Assembly: GCA_038256525.1 (NCBI GenBank)
Contig: JBBSKF010000004.1
Coordinates: forward strand, 1-58,640
Direction: 5' to 3'
Source of the DNA: Mycobacteriales bacterium
GTDB lineage: Bacteria > Actinomycetota > Actinomycetes > Mycobacteriales > SCTD01
DNA length: 58,640 nucleotides
The position numbers and the translations under genes were made by a program. This document shows positions 28,135 to 36,624 of this stretch, piece after piece. Within the stretch, counting starts at the first letter, position 1. Each line of letters begins with the position of its first letter. The notes under the pieces were generated by a model. That model was not told the DNA's origin and searched no databases. It worked only from the letters and a program-made list of their open reading frames with translations.

Positions 28135-29775
28135 GTGCACAGATCACTACGACGACTCGCGGTCCTCGTGACCGCGGCAGGCACGGCGACGGCGCTGGCC
28201 GTGGTGCCGGCCGGCACCGCGTACGCCGGCCCGGACAACGCCAACAACAACACCTCCCGCAAGCTCACCCAGGCCGTGAGCGCCGAGGGCATCCTGGAGC
28301 ATCTGCAGGCGCTTCAGGCGATCGCCGACGCCAACGGCAACACCCGGGTCAGCGGCTCGGAGGGCTACGACCAGTCCGCCGACTATGCCGAGCGGATCTT
28401 CCGCGAGGCCGGCTACGACGTGACCCGCCAGGACTTCACGTTCAACACCTTCATCACGACCTCGCCGACGGTGTTCCGTCAGGTGGCTCCCGCACCGGCC
28501 CGTGACCTGCCCAGCGTGATCATGAGCTATTCCGGCAGCGGGAACACGACGGCGCCCGCCAGCCTGCCCACCGGAGCGCAGACAGGCTGCGTCGCGGCCG
28601 ACTTCACCGGGATCCCCGTCGGCAGCATCGTGCTGGTCAGCCGCGGCGGCTGTACGTTCGCGGCCAAGGCGACCAACGCAGCGGCGGCCGGAGCGGCAGG
28701 CGTCGTGATCTACAACAACGCTGCCGGGCCGCTGAACGGCACCTTGAGCGAGAGCTTCACCGGAAACTTCTCGGTCGTCGGCGTCACCCAGGCGCTCGGC
28801 CAGGAGCTGGTCGCGCTGGTCCCGAGCGGCCTGCAGCTGCAGCTCGTGACCGAGACCCGCCGAGGACCGGCCGTCTCCAGCAACGTGCTGGCCGAGACCA
28901 AGGGTGGCAACCCCGACAACGTCGTCATGGTCGGCGGGCACCTCGACTCGGTCAACGCCGGCCCGGGCATCCAGGACAACGGCTCCGGCAGCGCCGCGGT
29001 GCTCGAGCTGGCCCAGCAGATGGCCAAGACCAAGACGGCCAACAAGGTGCGCTTCGCCGTGTGGGGCGCCGAGGAGTCCGGCCTGGTCGGCGCCACGCAC
29101 TACGTCACGACGCTGAGCCCGGCCGAGCGGGACCGCATCGCGCTCTACCTGAACTTCGACATGATCGCCTCGCCGAACTTCGTCCGCTTCGTCTACGACG
29201 GTGACGACTCGGTCGGCGACGGCAACGTCGGGCCGGCCGGCTCGGAGGTCATCGAGGACGTCTTCACCGACTACTTCGCCGGCCGGGGTCTTGCCTCCGA
29301 CCCGACCGACTTCAGCGGCCGCTCGGACTACGGACCGTTCATCGCGGCCGGCATCCCGTCCGGCGGTCTGTTCACCGGCGCCGAAGGGCTCAAGACGCCC
29401 GCGCAGGCCGAGATCTACGGCGGAGTCGCCGGCGAGGCGTACGACCCCTGCTACCACCTGGCGTGCGACAGCCTGCGGCAGGACTTCGGCGCCGACACTG
29501 CGCAGGCCACGCTGTACGCCGCGTTGCGCGCCGAGTATCCGCTGGTCGGCAACGTGAACATGCTCGCGCTCGAGCAGATGTCGGACGCGGTCGCGCACGC
29601 GACCCTGACCTTCGCCCTCGACACGAGCAGCGTGAACGCGGTCGCCGGGGCGCCCGGCAAGCGCACGGGGCAGACCAAGACCGGCGACGCCGGTGGTACG
29701 GGCGGCGCGTCCGGCACCTCCGACGGCAGCGGCGGCGGGCTGCACGACGACGACCACGAGCTCGACGCCGCCTAG
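28135..29775 (+). CDS. Secreted M28-family aminopeptidase with PA domain
   Basis: Signal peptide. Zinc-ligand motifs GGHLDSVNAGPGIQDNGSGSA and WGAEESGLVGA. PA-domain insert (IVLVSRGGCTFAAKA). Confidence 0.9.
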   Translation: MHRSLRRLAVLVTAAGTATALAVVPAGTAYAGPDNANNNTSRKLTQAVSAEGILEHLQALQAIADANGNTRVSGSEGYDQSADYAERIFREAGYDVTRQDFTFNTFITTSPTVFRQVAPAPARDLPSVIMSYSGSGNTTAPASLPTGAQTGCVAADFTGIPVGSIVLVSRGGCTFAAKATNAAAAGAAGVVIYNNAAGPLNGTLSESFTGNFSVVGVTQALGQELVALVPSGLQLQLVTETRRGPAVSSNVLAETKGGNPDNVVMVGGHLDSVNAGPGIQDNGSGSAAVLELAQQMAKTKTANKVRFAVWGAEESGLVGATHYVTTLSPAERDRIALYLNFDMIASPNFVRFVYDGDDSVGDGNVGPAGSEVIEDVFTDYFAGRGLASDPTDFSGRSDYGPFIAAGIPSGGLFTGAEGLKTPAQAEIYGGVAGEAYDPCYHLACDSLRQDFGADTAQATLYAALRAEYPLVGNVNMLALEQMSDAVAHATLTFALDTSSVNAVAGAPGKRTGQTKTGDAGGTGGASGTSDGSGGGLHDDDHELDAA

Positions 29776-29799
29776 CAGCGGCACGGTCACGATCCGGGC

Positions 29800-29825
29800 G
29801 GGCCGGCTCCCTGGGGAGCCGGCCC
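29800..29825 (+). terminator. GC-rich hairpin downstream of the peptidase gene
   Basis: gggccggctcc-ctgg-ggagccggccc, a perfect 11-bp stem with no clear U-tail. Confidence 0.45.
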
Positions 29826-29923
29826 GTTCCAGCTGCCCAGCCGCAGTCGTTGCCCGCCCGCCCCGGGTGCCCGGCGGCCCGGGGGGCCTGCCCCGTCCGG
29901 ACGCCCAGTCGCCTCGCTGCCAT

Positions 29924-29984
29924 GATCATCAGGAGGTTGCCGTCAGGACACAGCAGCGTGTTGGACGGCAACCTCCTGATGATC
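29924..29984. repeat. Perfect 21-bp inverted repeat (long hairpin/palindrome)
   Basis: gatcatcaggaggttgccgtc (29924-29944) and gacggcaacctcctgatgatc (29964-29984), with a 19-nt loop that is itself partly palindromic (acac...gtgt). Confidence 0.9.
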
Positions 29985-30060
29985 TCTGCGTCGAAGCCGT
30001 GCCGCGAGGCTGGGCCGGTGGTCGGGCGGCGGCCAGTTCGTACAAGGTGTCTTAGGCCTA

Positions 30061-30087
30061 CCTACGGGCACCGCGCAGGCCTGCGAC
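30061..30087 (+). repeat. 27-bp perfect direct repeat, copy 1
   Basis: cctacgggcaccgcgcaggcctgcgac, identical to 31322..31348. Extends to 32 bp with one mismatch. Confidence 0.95.
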
Positions 30088-30309
30088 CTGCCGACGCGAT
30101 GACGCGACCCCCCCCCCTCATCTCGACGCATCTGCTCGAGGGTTTCGATCAGGTCATCCCGTTCGAGCCAGATTGCGTCCACCAGAGGGCGGTGGACCTC
30201 GTCGGGCAGGCATGTCGGAGGCCGTGGCTAGCGTCGCCACGTCAAGGATCCGCAGCACGGTTGGAAGGAACGTCCAGTGCTCCAAACCCTGTAAGCTGTT
30301 GTCATCGCT

Positions 30310-30924
30310 GTGTTCGCAATTTTGCCTGGTGCTCTCTACACATGGACGTTCGAGCAACAAGCCGGACGTTGGGGGGCCACCGCCAGCGACCGTGTGCAGC
30401 GGTTCCTGGGAGCTTCGTCGGTGTTCCTTGCGGCCGAACTGCCGATCCTCTACGAGTTCTACCGCGACTTCGTGGCTAGCGGCGTCCTACAACGCGGCGA
30501 AGCGCTTCCCTCGTTGGTGTGGCTCATCCCGATCGTGCTGGTGATCGTCCCACTTGCTCTCGGCCGGATCGCGGGCCGAGCGGCCTATCTCCGCAAGAGT
30601 TGGGTCAAGATCCTCACCGGTCCTTCACCTGCGCCGCGGGCATGGGATGACCTGTTCGCAACCCCCGACCTCACCGGATGGCTCATCCTGAAGCTGAAAG
30701 ACGGCACGTGGGTTGGCGGCTTATGGGGCAAGTCTGCGTCGACCGGTCATCGGAGTTATGCCGCTGGCTATCCCGAATCCCAAGACCTCCTCGTCGCTGA
30801 CCTGGCTGAGGTGGATTCCGATGGCGACATGCTTGTGGGCACCGACGGTGCCCCGACCTTGACCGGCGTCTCGCTCCTCGTCCGCTGGGACGAAGTCGCG
30901 TACGCTCGCTTCACGCCCGCCTAG
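30310..30924 (+). CDS. Hypothetical membrane-associated protein (possibly DUF6338-like)
   Basis: 204 aa with N-terminal TM segments (LVWLIPIVLVIVPLALGRIAG) and a soluble C-terminus. The family name comes from memory of similar proteins and is unverified. Confidence 0.5.
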   Translation: MFAILPGALYTWTFEQQAGRWGATASDRVQRFLGASSVFLAAELPILYEFYRDFVASGVLQRGEALPSLVWLIPIVLVIVPLALGRIAGRAAYLRKSWVKILTGPSPAPRAWDDLFATPDLTGWLILKLKDGTWVGGLWGKSASTGHRSYAAGYPESQDLLVADLAEVDSDGDMLVGTDGAPTLTGVSLLVRWDEVAYARFTPA

Positions 30925-30933
30925 GAGAGAGCA

Positions 30934-31074
30934 ATGCCCGAAAACAAGATCCACCCCGCCGCTCACAATGGTGAGAAGAAGGGCGGTTATCCGGCCGGCA
31001 GCAAACCGATAGACCAGTTCAAGCCGCCGCCGCCTGCGATGTCGAAGCCGAAAGACCGGCCCGCCAGTCGTTGA
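30934..31074 (+). CDS. Small Pro/Lys-rich ORF (46 aa)
   Basis: ATG 30934, 5 nt after GGAGAGA. MPENKIHPAAHNGEKKGGYPAGSKPIDQFKPPPPAMSKPKDRPASR. Not in the ORF track because it is under 60 aa. Coding status is uncertain. Confidence 0.3.
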   Translation: MPENKIHPAAHNGEKKGGYPAGSKPIDQFKPPPPAMSKPKDRPASR

Positions 31075-31316
31075 AGCACGGCTATTCGTGCCGCATTGGG
31101 CCCCGCGATTCGTACGAGGCGTCGAGACGGCTCGCGCCTGTTGGGTGCCATGCGGTGCGACGGCCACCACCTATGTCTCACCGCGGGAGAAGGCCACGGC
31201 CGCGCGGTCGGCGCCGTGCAGGTGCTTGACACACCATTGGGACAAGGGGGGTCGCCGGTCAGTCGATAGCCCAGCCAGGGCTGTGCGCCCCCATCAACCA
31301 ACAGCAGGCGGCAAAC

Positions 31317-31482
31317 GCCTCCCTACGGGCACCGCGCAGGCCTGCGACGACAGTAGCGGCGGCGGACACGACGAGCACGAGCTCGACGCCGCTTAGCACC
31401 CGGGCAAGTCACGATCCGGACGCCGTCCGCTGCCCCCACCCCTCAGCCGGCCCGCCGGCCCGCCTGCCATGATCATCAGGAG
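31317..31482 (+). repeat. Degenerate second copy of the M28 peptidase 3' end and downstream region (includes 27-bp direct repeat copy 2 at 31322..31348)
   Basis: Encodes ...GKRLPTGTAQACDDSSGGGHDEHELDAA*, compared with the peptidase C-terminus GKRTGQTKTGD...GSGGGLHDDDHELDAA*. Downstream similarity continues to ctgccatgatcatcaggag (31464-31482 versus 29917-29935). Confidence 0.7.
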
Positions 31483-31667
31483 TAGGCGCTGGCTGCGGGA
31501 GGTCTCCGGCCTTACCGAGTCGCACGGCTGTCGGCTTACTGCTTCCCGTCAGAGCGGGCTGGGGTCCCCACCCCGACCCGGCTGAGCATTCCAACCCAGG
31601 TCAGCGATGCGCGTTGTGCTGGTCTCGGACCTGGCGCAGCAGCCGTAGACAGCGGCAATCGAGCCTG

Positions 31668-31696
31668 TTGACGGTTTCGATTTCTGTGGCCATATT
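31668..31696 (+). promoter_or_regulatory. Putative sigma70-type promoter for the 31720 gene
   Basis: TTGACG (31668-73), 17-nt spacer, CATATT (31691-96), ending 24 nt before the ATG. Confidence 0.35.
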
Positions 31697-31719
31697 GGTA
31701 AGAGAGACAGGGGACCCGA

Positions 31720-32142
31720 ATGACGCTCACCCAGGAGACTGAGCAGGTGCTCGGCGCGCTGGAGCGCGTCGAGGCCGTCGAGCGCGTCGTCGCGACCTTC
31801 GCACCCGACGACGCACGCAGGCTCGAGCTCCTCAGAGTCGTTGCTGACAGTCTTGCCGCCGTTCCACCGGTGCGCCCCGTCATCGCCGCGGAGTGGCTCG
31901 GTCTGAGCGAGCCGACGATTCGCTCGTGGGTCCGTCAAGGCGTTCTCGTCGCCGTGGTGAGCAAGCCTCGACTTCTTCTGGACGCCGAGCGGCTGCACGC
32001 TGTAAGGCATCTTCTCGAGGACCTCCGCTCGGCCAACAAGACCGAGGGACTACTCGACGCCGTGTACCGACGGCTTGTCGACGCGACCGTCGAGTCGCCC
32101 GAGTCGACAGGGTCTACGCACGGTATACTCGGGCATGGCTGA
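31720..32142 (+). CDS. Helix-turn-helix (MerR/excisionase HTH_17-like) DNA-binding protein
   Basis: AAEWLGLSEPTIRSWVRQGVL, an HTH typical of excisionase/MerR-like small regulators. Confidence 0.6.
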   Translation: MTLTQETEQVLGALERVEAVERVVATFAPDDARRLELLRVVADSLAAVPPVRPVIAAEWLGLSEPTIRSWVRQGVLVAVVSKPRLLLDAERLHAVRHLLEDLRSANKTEGLLDAVYRRLVDATVESPESTGSTHGILGHG

Positions 32143-32151
32143 ACCACGACC

Positions 32152-32379
32152 GTGAAGGTCCGGATCACCACCCGGACCCGGTTGAACGAGATCGCAGCGG
32201 CAACCAGGCGCACGGCGGACGAAGTGATTCTCGCCGGGCTGGCCGCGCTGGATCGCGAGCGATGGCAGCAACTGCGCCTGTTGGCCGCCGACCAAGCGGC
32301 GGCTTTGGTGGACGACGAAAAAGACCTGGCCGAGGCCAAGGCGATCCAGACCGACCTGGCGGCGCTCCGTGCGTGGTGA
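32152..32379 (+). CDS. Putative antitoxin (MazE-position partner)
   Basis: 75 aa immediately upstream of the MazF-like gene and overlapping it. Called from position and size only. Confidence 0.5.
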   Translation: MKVRITTRTRLNEIAAATRRTADEVILAGLAALDRERWQQLRLLAADQAAALVDDEKDLAEAKAIQTDLAALRAW

Positions 32380-32707
32380 CGTGCACCGCCTCTCGCCTCC
32401 CCGCGCCTCCGGCCACGAGCAGCAGGGCCCCCGCTACGCGGTCGTGGTGATGGCGGACTGGCGGTCGCTGTCGACCGTGCTGGTCGCACCGACCAGTGCG
32501 AGCGCTGCGAGCACCGTCTATCGGCCCGAGATCGAGTTGCAGGACCGTACAACGAAGGTGATGTGCGAGCAGGTCGCCGCGGTCGATCTGCAGCGGCTGG
32601 GACCGCCGGTCAGCCACCTGACCTACGACGAGCTCACGCAGGTCAGCGACGCGCTGCGCCTGGTCCTGGACCTGGGGCCATCGCCGTCGAGCCTGCCGGC
32701 CTCTTGA
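32369..32707 (+). CDS. mazF: MazF/PemK-family toxin
   Basis: GTG 32369. RGDVHRLSPPRASGHEQQGPRYAVVV...LVAPTS matches the MazF/PemK N-terminal pattern. Confidence 0.75.
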   Translation: MRGDVHRLSPPRASGHEQQGPRYAVVVMADWRSLSTVLVAPTSASAASTVYRPEIELQDRTTKVMCEQVAAVDLQRLGPPVSHLTYDELTQVSDALRLVLDLGPSPSSLPAS

Positions 32708-33129
32708 TGGCGTCCCCCGTGGAGGCAGTGCTGCTGCTCTGTGACGCTGCGGTCGCTGACTCCGCCGGCAAGGTGCACATCCTGGGCGCCGGCTGGTCCC
32801 AGACCGGCTCCCCCACCGCGCCTTCCGCCGTCGTCGCCATCATCAAGGTGCCCTGGGACAGGGCCAACCAGCGGCTGCGCCTCTCACTGTCGCTGCGCGA
32901 CTCAGATGGCGGCCAGGTCAGCGTCGTGACGCCGAACGGCACCTCCGATCCGATCCGGCACGAGGGACACCTCGAGGTCGGGCGCCCACCCGGGGTCGCG
33001 GTCGGAAGTCCCCTGGACTCCTCCTTCGTCCTGAGCATGCCGCCCCTCCCCCTGGCCCCGGGTCGTTACGAGTGGCTCCTCACGGTGGCCGAGCAGGACT
33101 TCCACGTCGCCTTCCAGGTGCGCCCGTGA
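32707..33129 (+). CDS. Hypothetical protein (beta-rich, unknown function)
   Basis: ATG 32707 overlaps the mazF stop (TGATG). 140 aa, MASPVEAVLLLCDAAVADSAGKVHILGAGW... No family assigned. Confidence 0.5.
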   Translation: MASPVEAVLLLCDAAVADSAGKVHILGAGWSQTGSPTAPSAVVAIIKVPWDRANQRLRLSLSLRDSDGGQVSVVTPNGTSDPIRHEGHLEVGRPPGVAVGSPLDSSFVLSMPPLPLAPGRYEWLLTVAEQDFHVAFQVRP

Positions 33130-33214
33130 CGCGCCCACGGCCCGGGAATGTCGTCCGCCAGGGTGAAGTGTCCGCCGTTCAGGGGCAGCTGCCGCTACGC
33201 GGTCCCGCTGCCCG

Positions 33215-34402
33215 ATGTGCCCGGGGCTGTGGTTCATGCCGTCTACACGGCAAACGCCCGCCCTCCGCGCGCGTCCCAGTCGATGCCGTGGATCCGGCGG
33301 CGCCCCAGTCCCCGCTGATCATGGAGTTGTTGCCCACCTGCTGAGCCTGAGGGGTGTGCAACAAGTCCATGATCAGCGCGGGGTTCGGGGGCGGGCCAGA
33401 GCGGGGGAGCTGGGGTACCTCCTTGGTGACGATGAGCTCACCCTCCTGCTGGCGGTCGGCGGGGATGCGGTCGGTGACGTGCAGGTCGTTCCGGAGGGTC
33501 AGCCTGCCGACGCTGTCATCCCTGCCGTGACGGTGGCCGCCTTCGACCAGGTGCGGTTCGCCGACCTGTTCGCGGCCGAAGGCGTCCTGATCGACCGCAC
33601 CGGCATACCAGGGGTGCAGGACAAGGTGAGCGCGGCGATGCTCAGCCTGCCCGTCGCCAGACGGTCCGAGCGTTATCTGCTCAAGCTCAGTCCGCCCGAC
33701 TTCCCGCTGCTGGTCGAGGACGAGGCCTTCTGCCTCGGCGCCGCCAGACTGGCCGGCATCTCGACGCCGTCCTTCCGGCTCGTCCTCGACGCCGACGGCC
33801 GCTCCGGCCTGCTGGTGACCCGCTTCGACCGCACTCCCGGCGGACCGCTCGCCTTCGAGGACACCCTGCAGGTGCTCGGTCGATGGCCGTCAGACACATA
33901 CCTGCTGACCAGCGAGCAGGTCTGCGCCGCCCTGTCAGCGGTCTGCGGCGCTCCGGTCGTGGCGCGGCGGGAGCTGCTGCGTCGGCACGTCTTCGCCTAC
34001 CTGACCGGTAACGGCGATGCCCACGCCCGCAACTGGGGGGTGCTGCAGGACCGCGAGGGCGAGTGGCGGCTGAGCCCCGCCTTCGACCTGCCGTCGTCGC
34101 TGCCCTACGGCGACACGACCATGGCCACCTCGCTCGGTGGTCGGCGGCAGGATCTCACCAGGCGGATCTTTCGCACCTTCGGGGCGTTGATGGGCCTTCC
34201 GGAGCGGTCCGTCGACAAGGCGATCGACGAGCAGTGCGCGGCCGTCGAACGATGGCTGCCCGGGTTGGCCGGTTTGCCGTTCCGTGACCAGGTGCTGGAT
34301 CGGTGGCACCGCTCAGTCCTGCACCGGCGGCGTCGCTCGGGACGGCGGATCGTATGTAGACGCTCGGTGCTGTCGCCCCGTGCAGCTATACACATTTCAT
34401 GA
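33215..34402 (+). CDS. HipA-like Ser/Thr kinase, 5' region apparently degraded (possible pseudogene or short form)
   Basis: Kinase core motifs GIPGVQDKVS and GNGDAHARNWGVL. The first ~60 codons of the ORF are Arg/Gly-rich and unlike the HipA N-domain. An ELLP-like piece lies in another frame (33072..33344). Confidence 0.55.
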   Translation: MCPGLWFMPSTRQTPALRARPSRCRGSGGAPVPADHGVVAHLLSLRGVQQVHDQRGVRGRARAGELGYLLGDDELTLLLAVGGDAVGDVQVVPEGQPADAVIPAVTVAAFDQVRFADLFAAEGVLIDRTGIPGVQDKVSAAMLSLPVARRSERYLLKLSPPDFPLLVEDEAFCLGAARLAGISTPSFRLVLDADGRSGLLVTRFDRTPGGPLAFEDTLQVLGRWPSDTYLLTSEQVCAALSAVCGAPVVARRELLRRHVFAYLTGNGDAHARNWGVLQDREGEWRLSPAFDLPSSLPYGDTTMATSLGGRRQDLTRRIFRTFGALMGLPERSVDKAIDEQCAAVERWLPGLAGLPFRDQVLDRWHRSVLHRRRRSGRRIVCRRSVLSPRAAIHIS

Positions 34403-34483
34403 CAACCACAGTAGGCAGTTCTTGAGTGCTAACGTTGATGAACAACATAGACCTGCCTAACCCTGTGAACAGAGGGATCCGAC

Positions 34484-34777
34484 ATGCGGCTCTTGAGTGT
34501 GCGAGACCTGGGACTACTCATCCGTGATGCGCGACGTGGCCGCGGACTCAATCAGCATGAGTTCGCGGAGCTTGTAGGCGTTTCACGCCAGTGGGTCGCC
34601 AACTTGGAGACAGGCCGCACCAACCCAAGCCTCCTCCTTGTGCTTGATGCCTTGGATGCGCTGGACTTACAACTAGAGGTCGTTGGACCCGAGAGCAGCA
34701 CTTCCTCCCTGACGAACGGTGGCAGCTCCACTCTTGCCGATGTCTTGGCGCACGTACGCCGAGACGACTCCGCATGA
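34484..34777 (+). CDS. hipB: XRE-family HTH antitoxin HipB
   Basis: LLIRDARRGRGLNQHEFAELVGVSRQWVANLETG. ATGA overlap with hipA. Confidence 0.8.
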   Translation: MRLLSVRDLGLLIRDARRGRGLNQHEFAELVGVSRQWVANLETGRTNPSLLLVLDALDALDLQLEVVGPESSTSSLTNGGSSTLADVLAHVRRDDSA

Positions 34778-36447
34778 GTGAGTCGCTGCGCGTCCTCCTC
34801 TACGGCCAACTCGTGGCCAACCTCATACGCAACGGCAAAGATCTCCGTCTGCGATACACCGACGAGTACCGCCGAAGCTCAGACCCGACACCGATCTCAC
34901 TGTCAATGCCAGTGATCTCCCCAGATCACCCGACCTCGATCGTTGAGCCTTGGCTCTGGGGGCTGCTGCCGGACAACCAGGAGGTCTTGAAGCGATGGTC
35001 GCAGGACTATCAGGTCTCTGCCAGCAATGTCTTCGCGTTGCTCTCACACGTTGGCGAAGACTGCGCCGGCGCCGTCCAGTTTGTCTGCCCTGATCGCATC
35101 GACTCACGTGCACCTGGCGACGTCCAGTGGCTTACCGAGCAGGAGATTGCGGATCTCCTGAGCCAGTTGCGTATCGACCCGACTGCATGGCACGCCGCCG
35201 GAGCTACTGCTCAGTTCAGCCTCGCCGGAGCGCAGCCGAAGACAGCGCTGCACTTTGACGGCCAGAGATGGGGACTGCCGACGGGCAGCACCCCCACAAC
35301 GCATATTCTCAAACCTGCTCTCACGGGCTTGGACGACCACGACTTGAATGAGCATTTGTGCCTGAGAACTGCGCGATACTTGAATCTGGACGCCGCGAAA
35401 TCAGAGGTCAGGAGATTCGGTTCTGAGGGTGCCCTGGTTGTCGAAAGGTACGACAGGCTCCCGATTCACGACGGATACTCTCGTATTCATCAGGAAGACT
35501 TATGCCAAGCATTAGCTGTTCACCCCGACAAGAAATACCAATCAGATGGCGGTCCTTCACCAGCCCAGATTTCTACCCTTTTCCGAGCAACCACTGGCCG
35601 CCGGGCTGCCATCAGGTTGACCCAGCATTTCATCGACGGCCTAGCCTTCAACTGGCTGATTGCCGGTCCAGACGCCCACGCCAAGAATTACTCACTCCTG
35701 CTGAAAGGAAGAGAGATCGCGCTCGCGCCGCTCTATGATGTCGCAAGCATCCTCCCTTACGACAACTTCGACATACACAAACTGCGTTTGGCTATGAAGA
35801 TCGGCGGCGAATACAAACTTGCGTGGATCTCACGTGAGAACTGGGCACGACTTGCAGTGGAGGTCGGGCTCCCTCCGGCGGTGGTCATCGCGCGGGTGGC
35901 AGACCTGGCAACTCGCCTGCCAGACGCACTCGATCGGGCATGCACGGATCCAGCCCTGGAAGAACTCGGAAGCGCCTTGCCGGCCACTCTTCGAGACCGC
36001 GTCTCCGAACGAGCAGCCGCCTGCTTGCAACGACTAGGTCCCCCTGAAGCAGTCCGCGTAAAATCTAGGGGCACGAACACTGTTGATACCGGAAATGGGG
36101 CACAGGCCACTCCAGAGACAGGAGTAGAGTGGACGACCGAAACTGCTAGGCAGCTGATAGGTGCGCTCGCCGCACCGCAGGTTGCCCTCATCAAAGCGCT
36201 GACAGTCCACGAAGGTGAGCTTTCAGCGGCAGCCGTCCGGGCTGCTATTGGACGTGACCCACATTCAAGTCTCCGTGGATCAACTGGGCCAATTACGAAG
36301 GCGATCCGGCACTTGGGCAAGAGGGGAAATATCGATCCCGAGCTCGGTAATCCAATTGAAACTGTATATGCGAAGTCCGTGAAGGCCGAAGGGTTCCGCA
36401 TGACGCCAGGCGCACAGAATGCCTTTCGGGAAGCGTTCGAGCAGTAG
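34774..36447 (+). CDS. hipA: HipA-family kinase toxin with ~120-aa C-terminal extension
   Basis: N-domain (LRVLLYGQLVANL, WLWGLLPDN), AGAQPKTAL, GPDAHAKNYSLL. At 557 aa it is well above the ~440 aa typical length. Confidence 0.85.
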   Translation: MSESLRVLLYGQLVANLIRNGKDLRLRYTDEYRRSSDPTPISLSMPVISPDHPTSIVEPWLWGLLPDNQEVLKRWSQDYQVSASNVFALLSHVGEDCAGAVQFVCPDRIDSRAPGDVQWLTEQEIADLLSQLRIDPTAWHAAGATAQFSLAGAQPKTALHFDGQRWGLPTGSTPTTHILKPALTGLDDHDLNEHLCLRTARYLNLDAAKSEVRRFGSEGALVVERYDRLPIHDGYSRIHQEDLCQALAVHPDKKYQSDGGPSPAQISTLFRATTGRRAAIRLTQHFIDGLAFNWLIAGPDAHAKNYSLLLKGREIALAPLYDVASILPYDNFDIHKLRLAMKIGGEYKLAWISRENWARLAVEVGLPPAVVIARVADLATRLPDALDRACTDPALEELGSALPATLRDRVSERAAACLQRLGPPEAVRVKSRGTNTVDTGNGAQATPETGVEWTTETARQLIGALAAPQVALIKALTVHEGELSAAAVRAAIGRDPHSSLRGSTGPITKAIRHLGKRGNIDPELGNPIETVYAKSVKAEGFRMTPGAQNAFREAFEQ

Positions 36448-36624
36448 CCGACTACCATTTCGCGCTGGAGTCCCACATCCCGACCGCGCTGTGAGCAGGA
36501 TCCGGAAGTCGCCTGCCGGTGTGGTCGTCGAGGGCGATTGCACCCACTCCGAGGCGGAACTCGTCGTACGCCCGCACCGGCGCCGGGCCCAGTGGACACC
36601 GCCCTTGGTGCTACGCTGTCGCAC

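Noticed and set aside
28147-29790. 547-aa ORF antisense to the M28 peptidase gene. Similar long antisense or out-of-frame ORFs occur at 40715..42895, 43839..45371, 5094..6218, 806..1999, 55273..56295, 50029..51012 and 51884..52987.
   Set aside because: These are shadow ORFs typical of high-G+C DNA, with Arg/Gly/Pro/Ala-rich, motif-free translations. In every case the opposite strand or another frame carries a protein with clear family motifs.
33126-33344. 72-codon frame upstream of the hipA-like gene, considered as a HipS-like N-subdomain protein.
   Set aside because: The sequence VTRPRPGNVVRQGEVSAVQG... does not resemble the HipA N-subdomain pattern. It is more simply explained as debris of a frameshifted 5' end.
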